A stretch of 64,000 bases of DNA from Octopus vulgaris (GCA_951406725.2 OX597814.1:103664001-103728000); one strand, 5' to 3'. Shown: positions 28,595-41,784, counted from the stretch's first letter. Numbers and translations: made by a program. The notes: a model not told the origin generated them from the letters alone.

Positions 28595-28737
28595 AGGCGG
28601 AGGTGTGGCTATGTGGTAAGAAGCTTGCTTTCCACCCACATGGTTCCGGGATCAGTTCTACTGCGTAGAACCTTGGGAACTTGCTTCTACTATAGCTCCG
28701 GGCCAGCCAAAGCTTTATGAGTGGATTTGGTAGATGG

Positions 28738-28795
<58 letters not shown>

Positions 28796-29050
28796 CACAC
28801 ACACAAACACACACACATATGTGTATGTGTGTGTGTGTCTTTGTGTCTGTGTTTGTTCCTCACCGGAGTTTGATAACCGGTGTTGGTGTGCTTACGTCCC
28901 CGTAAGTTAATGGTTCGGCCAAGAAGGTATCGATAGAATAAGTACCAGACTTAATAAAAAGTCCTGAGGTCAAGCTGTTCGTCTAAAACCCTTCAAGGCG
29001 GTGCCCCAGCATGGCCGCAGTCAAATGACTGAAACATGTAAAAGGTTATA
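28595..29050 (+). mobile_element. tRNA-SINE family C with internal CA/TA microsatellite
   Basis: GGCGGAGGTGTGGCTATGTGGTAAGAAGCTTGC head; 3' GGCGGTGCCCCAGCATGGCCGCAGTCAAATGACTGAAAC; reverse copy at 33915-34325. Confidence 0.82.
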
Positions 29051-29296
29051 GATAAAAGATATATATATTTAAGTAGCTAATACATACTTTATATCTATTA
29101 TATATATATTTCTTTATTGGCCACAAGGGGCTAAACATAAAGGGGACAAACAAAGACAGACAAACAGATTAAGTCGATTACATCGACCACAGTACGTAAC
29201 TGGTACTTTATTTATCGACCCCAAAAGGATGAAAGGCAAAGTCGACCTCGGCGGAATTTGAACTCAGAACGCAGCGGCGGATAGGATCGTTAATAA

Positions 29297-29690
29297 TCTC
29301 TCTATATATATAAAGCTGAAGTTGTCTGTGTATGGCAGGTTTGGCAGCCTTCAACTAACACTATCTCCTCCGAGACCCTGCGGCGCAAGTTGACCGAAAT
29401 TTAGATTATGATAGAAGAAGGCTTGCTCTTCCTTCCGTAGAAGAAAAAATTCAGATCGGATCATGTTAAGACCAAAAATTATTTACATAAAAAAGGTGCT
29501 TTTTTTCTATGAAAATTCCTATTATTTACGATTTTTTGACTGCTGTGTCGCCATTTTTCGGTGTATTTCAACCAGAAAAATGTTCACTTAAAGAGAATAA
29601 CAAGCTATATGATGCAACATTTTTACTTTTCAAAAATTCCAATTCTAAAGGGTCGAAACAAACCCGAGCAACGCCGGGTGATACTGCTAG
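29297..29690 (+). mobile_element. Non-autonomous Helitron family 1
   Basis: Same termini and hairpin as 27526-27919. Confidence 0.88.
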
Positions 29691-30439
29691 TATATTTATA
29701 AGAAGATATGTTTCTCACTATGTCCTGCTACGCATGCTCAGTGATACAGATTAACTGGTTATAGCATTTTCCAAACCGGAGTACGTTAAAAAAAAAATTA
29801 CATTATCATATCAATTCCATTATGCAGAATACAGAATAAAAAAAATTGTAAAAATTCGTAAAAATAAAAAAAAGAAGTTATGAGGCGTTTTAGCACGTGC
29901 TCACATCATAATTACACCGATTGGGCGTTGCGCCAATTGTTTTTATTAAAGCTTATGTTTAGTTGTGTGCTATTTTTTTAGTTAATAAATCTTATTAATT
30001 CATCATTGTTTTTTAATATTAAACGCACGTTCAGTTAATAACTGCTTTGTAGTAATTCATCCTGTAGGTCTCTGCTTTATCGGATCATTAGTAATATATT
30101 ATTTATGTATTTCATCCACGAAATCTTGGGTTGCTATTTTTCACAAGGGTTTTTGTGGTTTCTTTACATTATGTGTGTCTATCTATATCAATAGCAATTG
30201 CAACTTCGAAGATATTTGTTAGCCATTCAAGGAAAACAAAAAGACCGTTAGATTCACTACAACATTTAAATTTAGATGTTGAAGTGAATCTAAGGTTTTT
30301 TTTTTTTGTGTGTGTGTGTGTTCTTAAATGGCTTACAATCATTTCCCACGCTGCAATTGCTTTTGTTTCTGCACACAATCTCAGATCAAGTTACTTGCTA
30401 TGCAAGTACATCTTTGTAATTTAATTTTCATTTATATCA

Positions 30440-31690
30440 GAATTTTCGTTGCTTGACCGGTATCACAAACTTTATCCAGGTCAGACACCAACTGACAGAC
30501 CAGATTTAACCGACAGAGTATTAAATAGGAAAGTTAGGGATCTCGTGCATGATATTTTGGAGAAGAATGTTTTGGGAGAGGTTGCAGGGTACATGTGGCT
30601 TATAGAGTTCCAAAAGCGTGGACTACCCCATTGTCGTATGTTGTTCATATTAAAAAAAAAGATCCAGAACATTATAATAAATTTGTTTATGCAGGACTTC
30701 CAAATCCACAAACACAGCCAATTCTGTTTCAACATGTGACAAAATGCATGCTACATGGTCCATGTGGAAGAATAAACCCAATGCAACATGCATGGTTGAT
30801 GGGAAATGTAAAAGACTTTCAGGAAAACGCATTATACAGTTATAATGGCTATCCACTTTACCGCCGTCGAAATAATGGTTTACAAAGTCTAATGTTGAAT
30901 TAGATAATCGTTCAGTTGTACTATAAATCCCTTGTCTTTTTCGTCAAATATGGAGGTCATTGTAATGTAGAGATATGTGCATTTGTAAAATCAGTTAAAT
31001 ATATTAGCAAATATATTCCTAACGGTTATGATCGGGTGACAGTCAATATTAGTGGACAAACCAATGCACGACAAACACACAAAGATGAAATTGAAAATTA
31101 TATCAATGGCCGCTATGTATCCTCATCAGAGGCAGTCTGGAGGATTTTAGGGTTCAAATTACACGGTTCATATCCAGAAAACAGCTTACAGTTCATTTAC
31201 CCCAACAGCAATACATTTACTCTGATGATGATGATGATATTGAACATGTTATCCACACACACATGACAGGTTCACTCTCCCTGAATGGATGTAAGTTAAC
31301 CAGGCACCACCAGCAATCACTCATTTGCACGTACATTACACTCTACTGATTTCCCTGAATTTTACACATGGAATAATAGTGAGAAAATGTGGCATCTCAG
31401 AAAAAATAATACACACTCAATTGGGCGTATCTACTTTGTTTCACTGAAGGAACAGGAATGATTCTATTTGAGAGCTTCAATGTATCATATTCCCGGAGTT
31501 ACATCATTTGAAGATACGAGGACTATTAATGGTGTAGTTTGCCATAGTTACAAGGCGGCGTCAATGAAACTGGGTTTAGCACATGATGACTGTGAATACT
31601 ATCGGACTATGGAGTTTGCTAATATTTCAGCAACTCCATATCAGACGCGAAGACTTTTCTCCTCCATTATTAATTACTGCATTCTATATG
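30440..31690 (+). mobile_element. Helitron Rep/helicase pseudogene fragment
   Basis: DRPDLTDRV..EFQKRGLPHC (HUH motif), MLHGPCG, GYPLYRRR, HCNVEIC..SVKYISKY..GYDR, DEIENYINGRYVSSSEAVWRI, GVTSFEDTRTING. Confidence 0.92.
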
Positions 31691-31700
31691 TAGACTTACT

Positions 31701-31892
31701 GTGACCGCGTGTGTACCGTTGGCGATTTTTTTTCCTCTGTCTTTCCTTCGCTGGATCTTTCCTTCTCCTATGTTTCCGACGAAGAGCTCCGCTCGAAACG
31801 TTAAACCCTCCTTCTTTCCTGAGCGTCCAATAATACTATATTTGTTCCACGTCCTCGCGTTGTTGTGTTTTTTTGTGCTTTCTTGTTTGGAT

Positions 31893-31897
<5 letters not shown>
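31701..31897 (+). mobile_element. Solo PLE 3' end/pLTR with minimal hammerhead (31772-31806)
   Basis: guuu-CCGACGA-a-GAGC ucc GCUC-GAAAC-GUU^aaac, followed by (TA)n at 31898. Confidence 0.8.
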
Positions 31898-31969
<72 letters not shown>

Positions 31970-32299
31970 GTTTTTATATCCAGTATATAAATGCCTGTAA
32001 AGTTGGGTACTGAAATTTCAATCACTCGAGTGGGTCAAAGTTCTATAAAGAGAAAGCATATCCATTGTGTCCTGTTATTGAAGCGGTCGTATTTACTTTC
32101 CATTATTCCAGGTTCGTTGACATAACATCAATAATAGAATCGGTTCGCTTTGAAAGACAACACCTTAATACTGAAATCGTATTAATACTGAAATAATACT
32201 GAAACAGATTATTCTCGGTTCTAGCGATTAGCAATCGTTCACTCACCAACACAATGCAATCTCTAACCCGCAGACACTTTGTCTCCTTTCGTTTTCTCT

Positions 32300-32640
32300 T
32301 TTGGTGCCAGGACGCTTTGCAGGATAATGGATAACCAGTGGCCAGATTTCGTGTCCAACAAATGACTCTATTCAGAAAATGGGATGTGTCCTGTTAATTG
32401 TGTTATTCAAGAGTGCCAGCTGAGACTATTTGGTCATGTTCCTCAATTTCCCGAGTTACACCCTGCTTATGGTGTTCTTTTCGCTGATAATCCGGTTGAC
32501 GGCCAATGTTGGTCGACCACATGTCACATGGTCACAGCAGATGAGGATGAACCTCGTGGGGATGAGGACTGACTGGGACTCAACTCGGAGGGTCGCCCGG
32601 GGAAGGCCCGGGAATATATCAACACATCTGACCTGATCTG
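32300..32640 (+). mobile_element. RTE-clade LINE 3' fragment
   Basis: LCRIM..W.DFVSN..LY..VIQECQLRLFGHV..GRPHVTW.. Confidence 0.75.
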
Positions 32641-32817
32641 TTACTACAACTCGTTGTGAACGCCTCTCTCATTGAGTCTCAGCTCCCACATGTTGCATTA
32701 CATACAGGCTCCAGTTAAACATTCGGGCAATAAGTCTCCGGAACTGTCTCTTAACATTTTTACAAATATTCAGAATGAACGTCACTACATCCATCTCGAT
32801 AGCCTCAAAAAATAAAC

Positions 32818-32889
<72 letters not shown>

Positions 32890-33667
32890 ACACCACACAC
32901 ATACACACACACACATACACACAAACCCTCTCTCTGTCTCTGCCTTTGTCTGTCTGTCTCTCTCTCTGATTAATTTAATAAAACAAAACAACGGGAGACA
33001 CAGCCGAGGCAGACAGTATACAGAGCAGGACAAGAGACATTCATCTGGGAGAACGAGGCCAGACTGTCACAATTGATTTTGTCTGATAATAGGGGACATC
33101 TTCTCGGCTGGAGACAAATGAGGGAATAGAAGGTGTGTAGCTTAAAGAGAATCAAGAGAAAGTCTGCTGAATGTCTGGTGGAGGGTTCGCCGCCGGTCTC
33201 GACGAGGAGTATTCAGTTATTCAACTATCTGAAATCTGAAATGGGAAATGAACGTATGATTGAGTATTCTGTATTATGATTGAGTATTCTGTATTATGAT
33301 TGAGTATTCAGGTGGGGGTCAGGGAGAGAGAGGGAGAAGAGAGAGAGGGAGAGGGAGAAGGAAGGGAGAGAAGGGGAGAAGGAACTCCCCCACCTCCAAT
33401 GCATGACTGATACTTCATTAATGAAACTCATAAAACTATGAAAGGCGAAGTTAACATCTGTGGGATTTGAACTCTGAACACAGAAAACCGGATAAAATAC
33501 CAGGAGGCATTTTGTCCGATCCTTTAATGATTCATCACCTTCGAAAGGCTATTTGAGCGTGGTGATGATGGTGGCGGTGGTTATGAAGGAGAAGAGAATG
33601 ATGGTGATGATGGTTGTGTGGTGGTGGTGGTGATGGTGGTGCTAATTGGTTGTATTCGTCAACGCAA

Positions 33668-33755
33668 TGACGTCACTGACCAATTGTGGTTTAGTCAGCA
33701 TTTCTATCGAGTGACAATGGTGGGGAGACTTCAGAAGGACTGTCTTATGACGTCA
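33668..33755. promoter_or_regulatory. Candidate cAMP-response enhancer/promoter element
   Basis: Two perfect palindromic CRE sites TGACGTCA (33668-33675, 33748-33755) with CCAAT (33680) and AP-1-like TTAGTCA between them, in non-repetitive sequence. Confidence 0.35.
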
Positions 33756-33914
33756 AGCATTTGTTGCAGACCGGTGAATAGAAACAGTACTAAAGGAAGG
33801 GAGGGAGAGAAAAAGACAGAGCGGAGGACATATTTATGTGTGAGCGTGTGTATATACATACATAACACATACATACATACATATATGTATGTGTATACAT
33901 ATATATATATAAAG

Positions 33915-34325
33915 TTACTCTTTTACTCTTTTACTTGTTTCAGTCATTTGGCTGCGGCCGTGCTGGGGCACCGCCTTTAGTCGATCGAGCAAATCGACCC
34001 CAGGACTTATTCTTTGTAAGCCTAGCACTTATTATATCGGTGTCTTTTGCCGAACCGCTAAGTTAAGGGGACGTAAAAACACCAGCATCGGTTGTCAAGC
34101 AATGCTGGGGGACAAACACAGACACACGCATACATATACATATACAAACATATATATATATGACGGGCTTCTTTCAGTTTCCGTCTACCAAATCCACTCA
34201 CAAGGCTTTGGTCGGCCTGAGACTACAGTAGAAGACACTTGCCCAAGGTGCCATGCAGTGGGACTGAACCCAGAACCATGTGGTTCGTAAGCAAGATAAT
34301 TACCACACAGTCACTCCTACGCCTA
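33915..34325 (-). mobile_element. tRNA-SINE family C
   Basis: Reverse-complement homolog of 28595-29050. Confidence 0.82.
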
Positions 34326-34332
34326 TTGTTGA

Positions 34333-34389
<57 letters not shown>

Positions 34390-34536
34390 GAAATAGAAAG
34401 ATGAATAATCTTGTTGCAGATTAATCAAAAGTTTAACCGATACCTTGGTAGCAAAAATCACAGCAGAAGACAGCACGGTTGGAGGTACAACCATATGGTG
34501 TTGCAACCGTGCGCTGGTGCGGATAATTGAATTTTA

Positions 34537-34684
34537 ATATTATTAGTGAATTGAAGAAATGGAGTTGAACGAAGATTGAACAGAAATCGTTTTATTGCAT
34601 TCTACACGTGTTTCGAAACACGTGTAGAATGCAATAAAACGATTTCTGTTCAATCTTCGTTCAACTCCATTTCTTCAATTCACT

Positions 34685-34692
<8 letters not shown>
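34537..34692. repeat. Perfect 156-bp spacerless palindrome made of two PLE-like 3' ends
   Basis: Axis between 34614 and 34615 (TTTC|GAAA). Each arm reads GAAAC ACGT GTA..AATAAA..TAATAT. Confidence 0.95.
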
Positions 34693-34747
<55 letters not shown>

Positions 34748-35406
34748 GAGAGAGAGAGAGATACACATATGTACATTTGATGTATGTATGCTTGTATGTA
34801 TGTATGTATGTATGTATGTATGTATGTATGTATGTATGTATGCATGTATGTCTGTATGTATGTATGTATGTATGCATGTATGTATGAGTGTGCGTGTTTG
34901 TTTGTATGTTATGTTACGCTATATATGTATATGAAGGTGGCCCAGCACCAAGATCGTCGCGACGGAACAGTGTTCTATATAGGAAGTGGGCGGTTGTTGT
35001 TGACCTGTTCTCCAAACCACGGTGAGCGGCATCATTCGAAAGTTAAAACGGTGCGAGGAAAAGTATTGTGACTAGCGGTGTTTGACAACATCCGATAGTC
35101 CGGTCAATACAATGATGTATATATATATATAACCATTGCAACCCACAAGTTTAATGGTAGACTTAGAAACAACTTCTGCTTCTTTAAAAATATTGATTTA
35201 CTATAATGGTGACCGATCCGAAATCTGATAATTCTCTTACTCTTATCGACTTCAGCGGAATTTGAACTCAGACCGTAAAGACCGACGAAATGCCGTTAAG
35301 CATTTAGCTCGTCGGGCTTACGATTCTGCCAGCTCGCTACCTCAGCACAGTATATATATATATATATATATATATATTGATTACTTCCTGTACCCATATA
35401 TGCATA

Positions 35407-35459
<53 letters not shown>

Positions 35460-35508
35460 TTATACACACACACACACACACATCTATATATATATGCACA
35501 TATATATA

Positions 35509-35565
<57 letters not shown>

Positions 35566-35644
35566 AGTTGAGTTGTGGGGTATCGCACGAGTGGGATTAT
35601 ATAAGAAAAAAGGTTTGAAAATGCAATTTAAACGATGTTTATTT

Positions 35645-35685
35645 ACTTAACCGGTTTCACTCTTTGGTAAAAGATTGTCAAAAGT
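35645..35685 (-). ncRNA. Type I hammerhead, U3-A8 variant (inverted twin at 39545-39585, + strand)
   Basis: acuu-UUGACAA-u CUUUU acca AAGAG u-GAAAC cg GUU^aagu, then AAUAAA; palindromic AACCGGUU. Confidence 0.65.
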
Positions 35686-35699
35686 TACATTTAAGGAAA

Positions 35700-35930
35700 C
35701 ATTGAATAATATGGGTTCAAAAAAAGTTTTTTACATAATTGTCACATTGAATATTATGCATTCAAAAAAGTTTTTTACATAATTGTCACATTGGATATTA
35801 TGGGTTCAAAAAAAGTTTTTTACATAATTGTCACATTGAATATTATGCATTCAAAAAAGTTTTTTACATAATTGTCACATTGGATATTATGAATTCAAAA
35901 ATGTTTTTTTATACATAATTGTCACATTAC
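35700..35930. repeat. ~44-bp tandem repeat, ~5 units (mirror copy 39300-39530)
   Basis: Unit TTCAAAAAAGTTTTTTACATAATTGTCACATTGRATATTATGSR. Confidence 0.93.
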
Positions 35931-36551
35931 ATGTATAAATATAGTGTTTGGTAACAGAGAAGTTCAATAGTGTGATGAGAATATTTGGGAAAATTTGGCA
36001 GAAAAGGATAAAACAAATATATTATTGGGAATTGGTTGCGTTAATTATTGGTTGTCGCAAATTGTCACATTACATGTATATATATACAATCTTTGGTATA
36101 TATATACAGCGTTTTGACAGCAAAAATTAAAATGGATTTTTTGTACATCTCAGAATATTTTAAGTATGTTTTTACTGACCTGTCAGTATTAGCAGAAAGG
36201 CTGAACTGAGAGAACAGAAATAGCCAATGTGGTGTATACTTCCCCTTTATGCATGAATGATTTTGGGGTTATCAGGAGGTTAGTATGCGGGTGTGAATAG
36301 ATGTGTCCGTGCCTGCTGGTCAGACAGCGTCTGTTTGTCACACACATATATATACACACAAACACACACACACACAACAACACACACACACATAGTATAC
36401 AAACACACACCACATACAAACAACACACACACACACAGAACACACACACCCACACACAACGCACCCACATATATCACATATACACACAGCACACAAATAT
36501 AACATGTATCTATATATAACATACACAGATATATAACACACATACACACAC

Positions 36552-36586
<35 letters not shown>

Positions 36587-37392
36587 CACACGCACACATA
36601 CATACATAATATAAATATCACACAAATACACCTAGCATATATATACACACATACAATACACACATACAGCATGTAAGTAATATACATACACAATATATGC
36701 ATGCAATATACATACGCAATACATACATATAATATATATATATATAGACAATGCATATACATATATACACATATACATATAAATAGTGTTTACATACACA
36801 TACATAGATGTACCACATATACACACAACACACATACATACAATGCATACACATACACGTACGCATACATATAATATATATATACACACACACACACATA
36901 ACATACATACACACACAATGCATACATATATATACACGCAATGCATATACATGTATTCATGCACATATAGCACACCTACAATATACATATATACAGTGCA
37001 CACATACACACAAATATATACACTTAATTGTACACGTACATATACAATACACATACATACAATATACATATACACAATGCGCATGCAAATAATGTACATG
37101 TTTATACACACATAAACATGCAAATAAATATACACACACACACATACACACACACACATATATATACACATATATATATATATATATACACACATACATA
37201 CATACATACATGCACATACATATATTTTTTCACACACATACACACACATATATATATATAAAAAATTCACCCCCCCACACACACACAAATTACAAACCTA
37301 TAGCGTACACACTCAAATATATCTCTACATGCCGCACACACACACAAACAAAGTACTAACATATACACACATACCATGCATATACACACACA

Positions 37393-37458
<66 letters not shown>

Positions 37459-37632
37459 AGATACATATGTAAATACATACACACGTACACAATGCTCACA
37501 CACACACACACACACACATACACACACACCCGCACACAGTGCACACACACACACACACATATATACACACGTGCACACACACACACACATACAACGCGCG
37601 CACACACACATATACACACACACGCACACAGT

Positions 37633-37682
<50 letters not shown>

Positions 37683-37858
37683 ACATACATCACCTACATA
37701 TATATAATGCATGCGTGTGCATGCCACGTATGTGTGCGGTCAATGCCCGCTAGTGTGTCCTATGCGTGCCGATGCGCGCATGTGCCCGCCCGCACGATAT
37801 GCTGTGAGCGTGCGCGCGTCCCTGTGTGCTTGCTCTGGATGTGCTTCCAGGGGGTATG

Positions 37859-38689
37859 TTAAAGTATGTTTAGTTGTGGTCTGTATTTTTGAATAAGATT
37901 ACTTTCCTTATTTATTCGTGTTTGGTCTGTGGTGTTGTCCGAGCATTGGTATAGTGGGAAGACTAAGAATTTGGGGGACTTATTGTGTGCACAAAGGTCT
38001 AAGTGTCCACTTAGTGGTATCTGTCTTGTGGAGGGGTCCCTCAGTTGTTGTCGGTGAACTGTCATTCTGTCTCTGAGGGTAAGGCTCGTTTGCCCTATGT
38101 AGTCTTCGTGGCATCCTTCACACCTTATGACGTAGAGTAAATTTTTTGATGCGCACGTGAAGTTATTTTTTATGATGAATGTGTGTCCCGAGTGGAACTT
38201 GTACGACGATCCCTCAATGAGGTGGATGCAGGTCTTACAGTTGGGGCGACCACATTTTTTGATGGTGGGCGGTGGGTTTGTGTTGTGTAATTTTGCGTTG
38301 GTGAGGAGGTTTTTTAGGGATTTAGGTTGTCTCTTACTTTTTATTATTTTATGAGCTGCCAGTATTTTTTTCAGGCGTGGGTCTTGATTTAGTTGTGGAA
38401 TGTTGTTGTATATAATAGTGTAAGCTTCTGCATTCCTTGGGTTGTGTGTTGAGAGATAAGGGAGGCTATTGACTGTACTGTGGATGTGTTTGGGTTTTCG
38501 AAGGTCTTGAATGTTGATTGATTTGGCCCGTTCTATTCCGTTGTCTACTAGTGATGCCGGGTAATGTCTTTCGAGAAGAATTGCCCTTAGTTCCCGGAGT
38601 CTTCTATTTCGTGTTGTGTCATTTGAGACAATAGTGCAGATTCTTCTCGCTAGGTTGAAGGGGATATTTGTCTTTGTGTGTTTTGGGTG
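37859..38689 (-). CDS. PLE ORF 3' part (RT thumb, Cys linker, GIY-YIG endonuclease); 5'-truncated but uninterrupted
   Basis: HPKHTKTNIPFNLARRICTIVS..HYP..KRQPKSLKNLL..KCGRPNCKTC..FTCASKNLLYVIRCEGCHEDYIGQTSLTLRDRMTVHRQQ..KESNLIQKYRPQLN*. The 831-nt frame is longer than the ORF track shows. Confidence 0.9.
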   Translation of the reverse strand, partial: HPKHTKTNIPFNLARRICTIVSNDTTRNRRLRELRAILLERHYPASLVDNGIERAKSINIQDLRKPKHIHSTVNSLPYLSTHNPRNAEAYTIIYNNIPQLNQDPRLKKILAAHKIIKSKRQPKSLKNLLTNAKLHNTNPPPTIKKCGRPNCKTCIHLIEGSSYKFHSGHTFIIKNNFTCASKNLLYVIRCEGCHEDYIGQTSLTLRDRMTVHRQQLRDPSTRQIPLSGHLDLCAHNKSPKFLVFPLYQCSDNTTDQTRINKESNLIQKYRPQLNIL

Positions 38690-39626
38690 TTATATATCTG
38701 TGTATGTTATATATAGATACATGTTATATTTGTGTGCTGTGTGTATATGTGATATATGTGGGTGCGTTGTGTGTGGGTGTGTGTGTTCTGTGTGTGTGTG
38801 TGTTTGTTTGTATGTGGTGTGTGTTTGTATACTATGTGTGTGTGTGTGTGTTGTTGTGTGTGTGTGTGTTTGTGTGTATATATATGTGTGTGACAAACAG
38901 ACGCTGTCTGACCAGCAGGCACGGACACATCTATTCACACCCGCATACTAACCTCCTGATAACCCCAAAATCATTCATGCATAAAGGGGAAGTATACACC
39001 ACATTGGCTACTTCTGTTCTCTCAGTTCAGCCTTTCTGCTAATACTGACAGGTCAGTAAAAACATACTTAAAATATTCTGAGATGTACAAAAAATCCATT
39101 TTAATTTTTGCTGTCAAAACGCTGTATATATATACCAAAGATTGTATATATATACATGTAATGTGACAATTTGCGACAACCAATAATTAACGCAACCAAT
39201 TCCCAATAATATATTTGTTTTATCCTTTTCTGCCAAATTTTCCCAAATATTCTCATCACACTATTGAACTTCTCTGTTACCAAACACTATATTTATACAT
39301 GTAATGTGACAATTATGTATAAAAAAACATTTTTGAATTCATAATATCCAATGTGACAATTATGTAAAAAACTTTTTTGAATGCATAATATTCAATGTGA
39401 CAATTATGTAAAAAACTTTTTTGAACCCATAATATCCAATGTGACAATTATGTAAAAAACTTTTTTGAATGCATAATATTCAATGTGACAATTATGTAAA
39501 AAACTTTTTTTGAACCCATATTATTCAATGTTTCCTTAAATGTAACTTTTGACAATCTTTTACCAAAGAGTGAAACCGGTTAAGTAAATAAACATCGTTT
39601 AAATTGCATTTTCAAACCTTTTTTCT

Positions 39627-39658
<32 letters not shown>

Positions 39659-40288
39659 TTATTTAATTGAACGCCACGCATCCATTTCCAAGTAACTTTA
39701 TCTTAACCTTTTGGATGCGATTCTACTCTATACTGTTTGCTTCCTCCGTCCTTCTCTAAGTCCCTTTTTCTATCCGTCTCTCTCTCTCCCTTCTTTCTCT
39801 TTTTCTCTCTCTCGCTGCTCACACGTGACCATCGTCCATCTTTTTTTCTTTTCGTGACCATCTTACTTTTTCTACACAGACGTTCAAAGGACTGGACTTA
39901 TTCTTTCTCCCTCTTCCAGCTTTTCTCTTTTCAAAGAAAATATTTCTCTCAACGTTCACTATTTTCCTCTCGTTCTGGTCTAACGACCCTCCATGCTTGT
40001 TTTTGTTGGTTTCCTTGTATGTCTCCACTGTCCTGTTTTTGTTCCCAACTTTAACCCTCCATAAACCTTAAATTTTATTTTAGAATTTATGGGAGCAACT
40101 GTCTTTGTAGACTCATATTGTCGTTGAATGCTCGAAATGAGGAGTAGATAGGCAGCGGACAATTGATGACGCGTCGTACTCTGTGTTTACTTATCCTGTT
40201 TTCCATTTTTCTCTTTGTGTATTTAACTCGCTTGTTTTCGTATTTCATGTTGTTTACGCAGTTGGTGACGTCCTGTACCAATATATGC

Positions 40289-40351
<63 letters not shown>

Positions 40352-40454
40352 TTCAGTAAAAAATTAGATTCAGTTGAATATGGTACTTAAGTTAAAGGCA
40401 CCAGAATTTGGTATGGTATTAATCCATATAATTCAAAATGGGGTGATTATTTTG

Positions 40455-40489
<35 letters not shown>

Positions 40490-41535
40490 CTAGCAGTACA
40501 ACCCGGCCTTGCCCGGGATTAAGTTACGATTATTAAGCTAATCAAGTTCTTTATTTCAAACCATACTAAGTAATATAGACGTCAAATTTTGGCGAAATCC
40601 GTTGAAATTAGTTATATTATATATATATTATATATATTATATATATATAATATAATATAAATATATATGGGCAACAGACACGAGCACACATACACACACG
40701 TACGTACGTACACCTATTGCATGTTTTGTGCACGCATACATGTTCATAAACAGAAATGAATGGAAAAAATGTTGTTAAATTTGTAGATTAACACTCGCAC
40801 AATTTTCACTAAGAAAAAAAATCGGGATTTTTGCATGGAATCAACTACTCTGGCCTCAAAACCCTTTTTGTGGTCCGTAAAACGGAGTGGGGTGTGGTGG
40901 AAGCCTCGCAAATTGTACCCATTTATATTGTGTAATTCACTGACAAATTCACTGACAAATTGTTACTCACCTCTTTGTTTCTTTGTTGTTAAATAAATGG
41001 ATTGTCAACAAAACACTTTTTTACTCGGCGTAAAATAAAAACAAAACTCTTTCGCACCAAAAGTAATGTCTGTGAGAGGGAGAGGAGGGGGGAAGATGAA
41101 CGATTTAAAATAAATATATGATTTAAAATAAATATATTGTAATTGTTGTGTGAGAAAGTATAAAAACTATGATTATAAAATATAGTATCTGTCAAAAACA
41201 AAACAAAACATTTTACATTTTATTTTTTATGAACGTAGTCACTTACTCTTTCTCTCTCTCTCTCTCTCACTTTGTCTTTCCCGTGAAACTTTCTGCCTCC
41301 TTCTTCCACTTTTGTTTATCTTATTTTTTTTGTTAGACGCCATCAAAAAGCAATGGCTGATATTTGTTATGGTTAAAAGCTATGGTTGAAAATTGTTGGA
41401 AATAGATTTTTACCCTATCCGCGAGTGCCTCGGGAAAAAGTAAGTTGACAAAGCCCAGATAGGATGTTGACAAATGTCCTCCTAAAATTTGAGCGACATG
41501 CGTGCTAATTTGTGGATGTGCATAAATTACAATCC

Positions 41536-41573
<38 letters not shown>

Positions 41574-41596
41574 CATCCTCCCTTTTATAGATATGA
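40490..41596 (-). mobile_element. Non-autonomous Helitron family 2
   Basis: Minus strand A|TCATATCTATAAAAGGG start; hairpin CCCGGGCAAGGCCGGG then TACTGCTAG|T end. Confidence 0.78.
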
Positions 41597-41644
41597 TATA
41601 AATAATATATATATATATATATATTATTTATATTATATATATAT

Positions 41645-41784
41645 TTTTTCTGTCTCTATTTTCCCTTCTTATTCCTTTCAGTCGAAGAGCATCGGCGCGA
41701 AATGTGAAAGACTTTTCTATAAGCGTTAAGCTAATACACATGCTTTTTTTCCTTACACCTGTATTCGTCTTGTTTGTAAATATG

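Larger units (their letters stand above)
35562..39631 (-). mobile_element. Young 5'-truncated Neptune-like PLE with inverted 3'-end (pLTR) duplication, flanked by (TA)n
   Basis: Near-identical inverted arms 35598-36539 and 38687-39631; open frame 38689-37859; HHR in each arm. Confidence 0.92.

Noticed and set aside
31995-32045. HHR-like remnants facing TA/TG tracts here and at ~21250 and ~48190
   Set aside because: Too many core mismatches to distinguish from chance.
35700-35930. CRISPR-like periodicity (also 60232-60494 and the 20-bp x3 repeat at 33255-33309)
   Set aside because: Contiguous tandem units without unique spacers; eukaryotic context; no cas genes.
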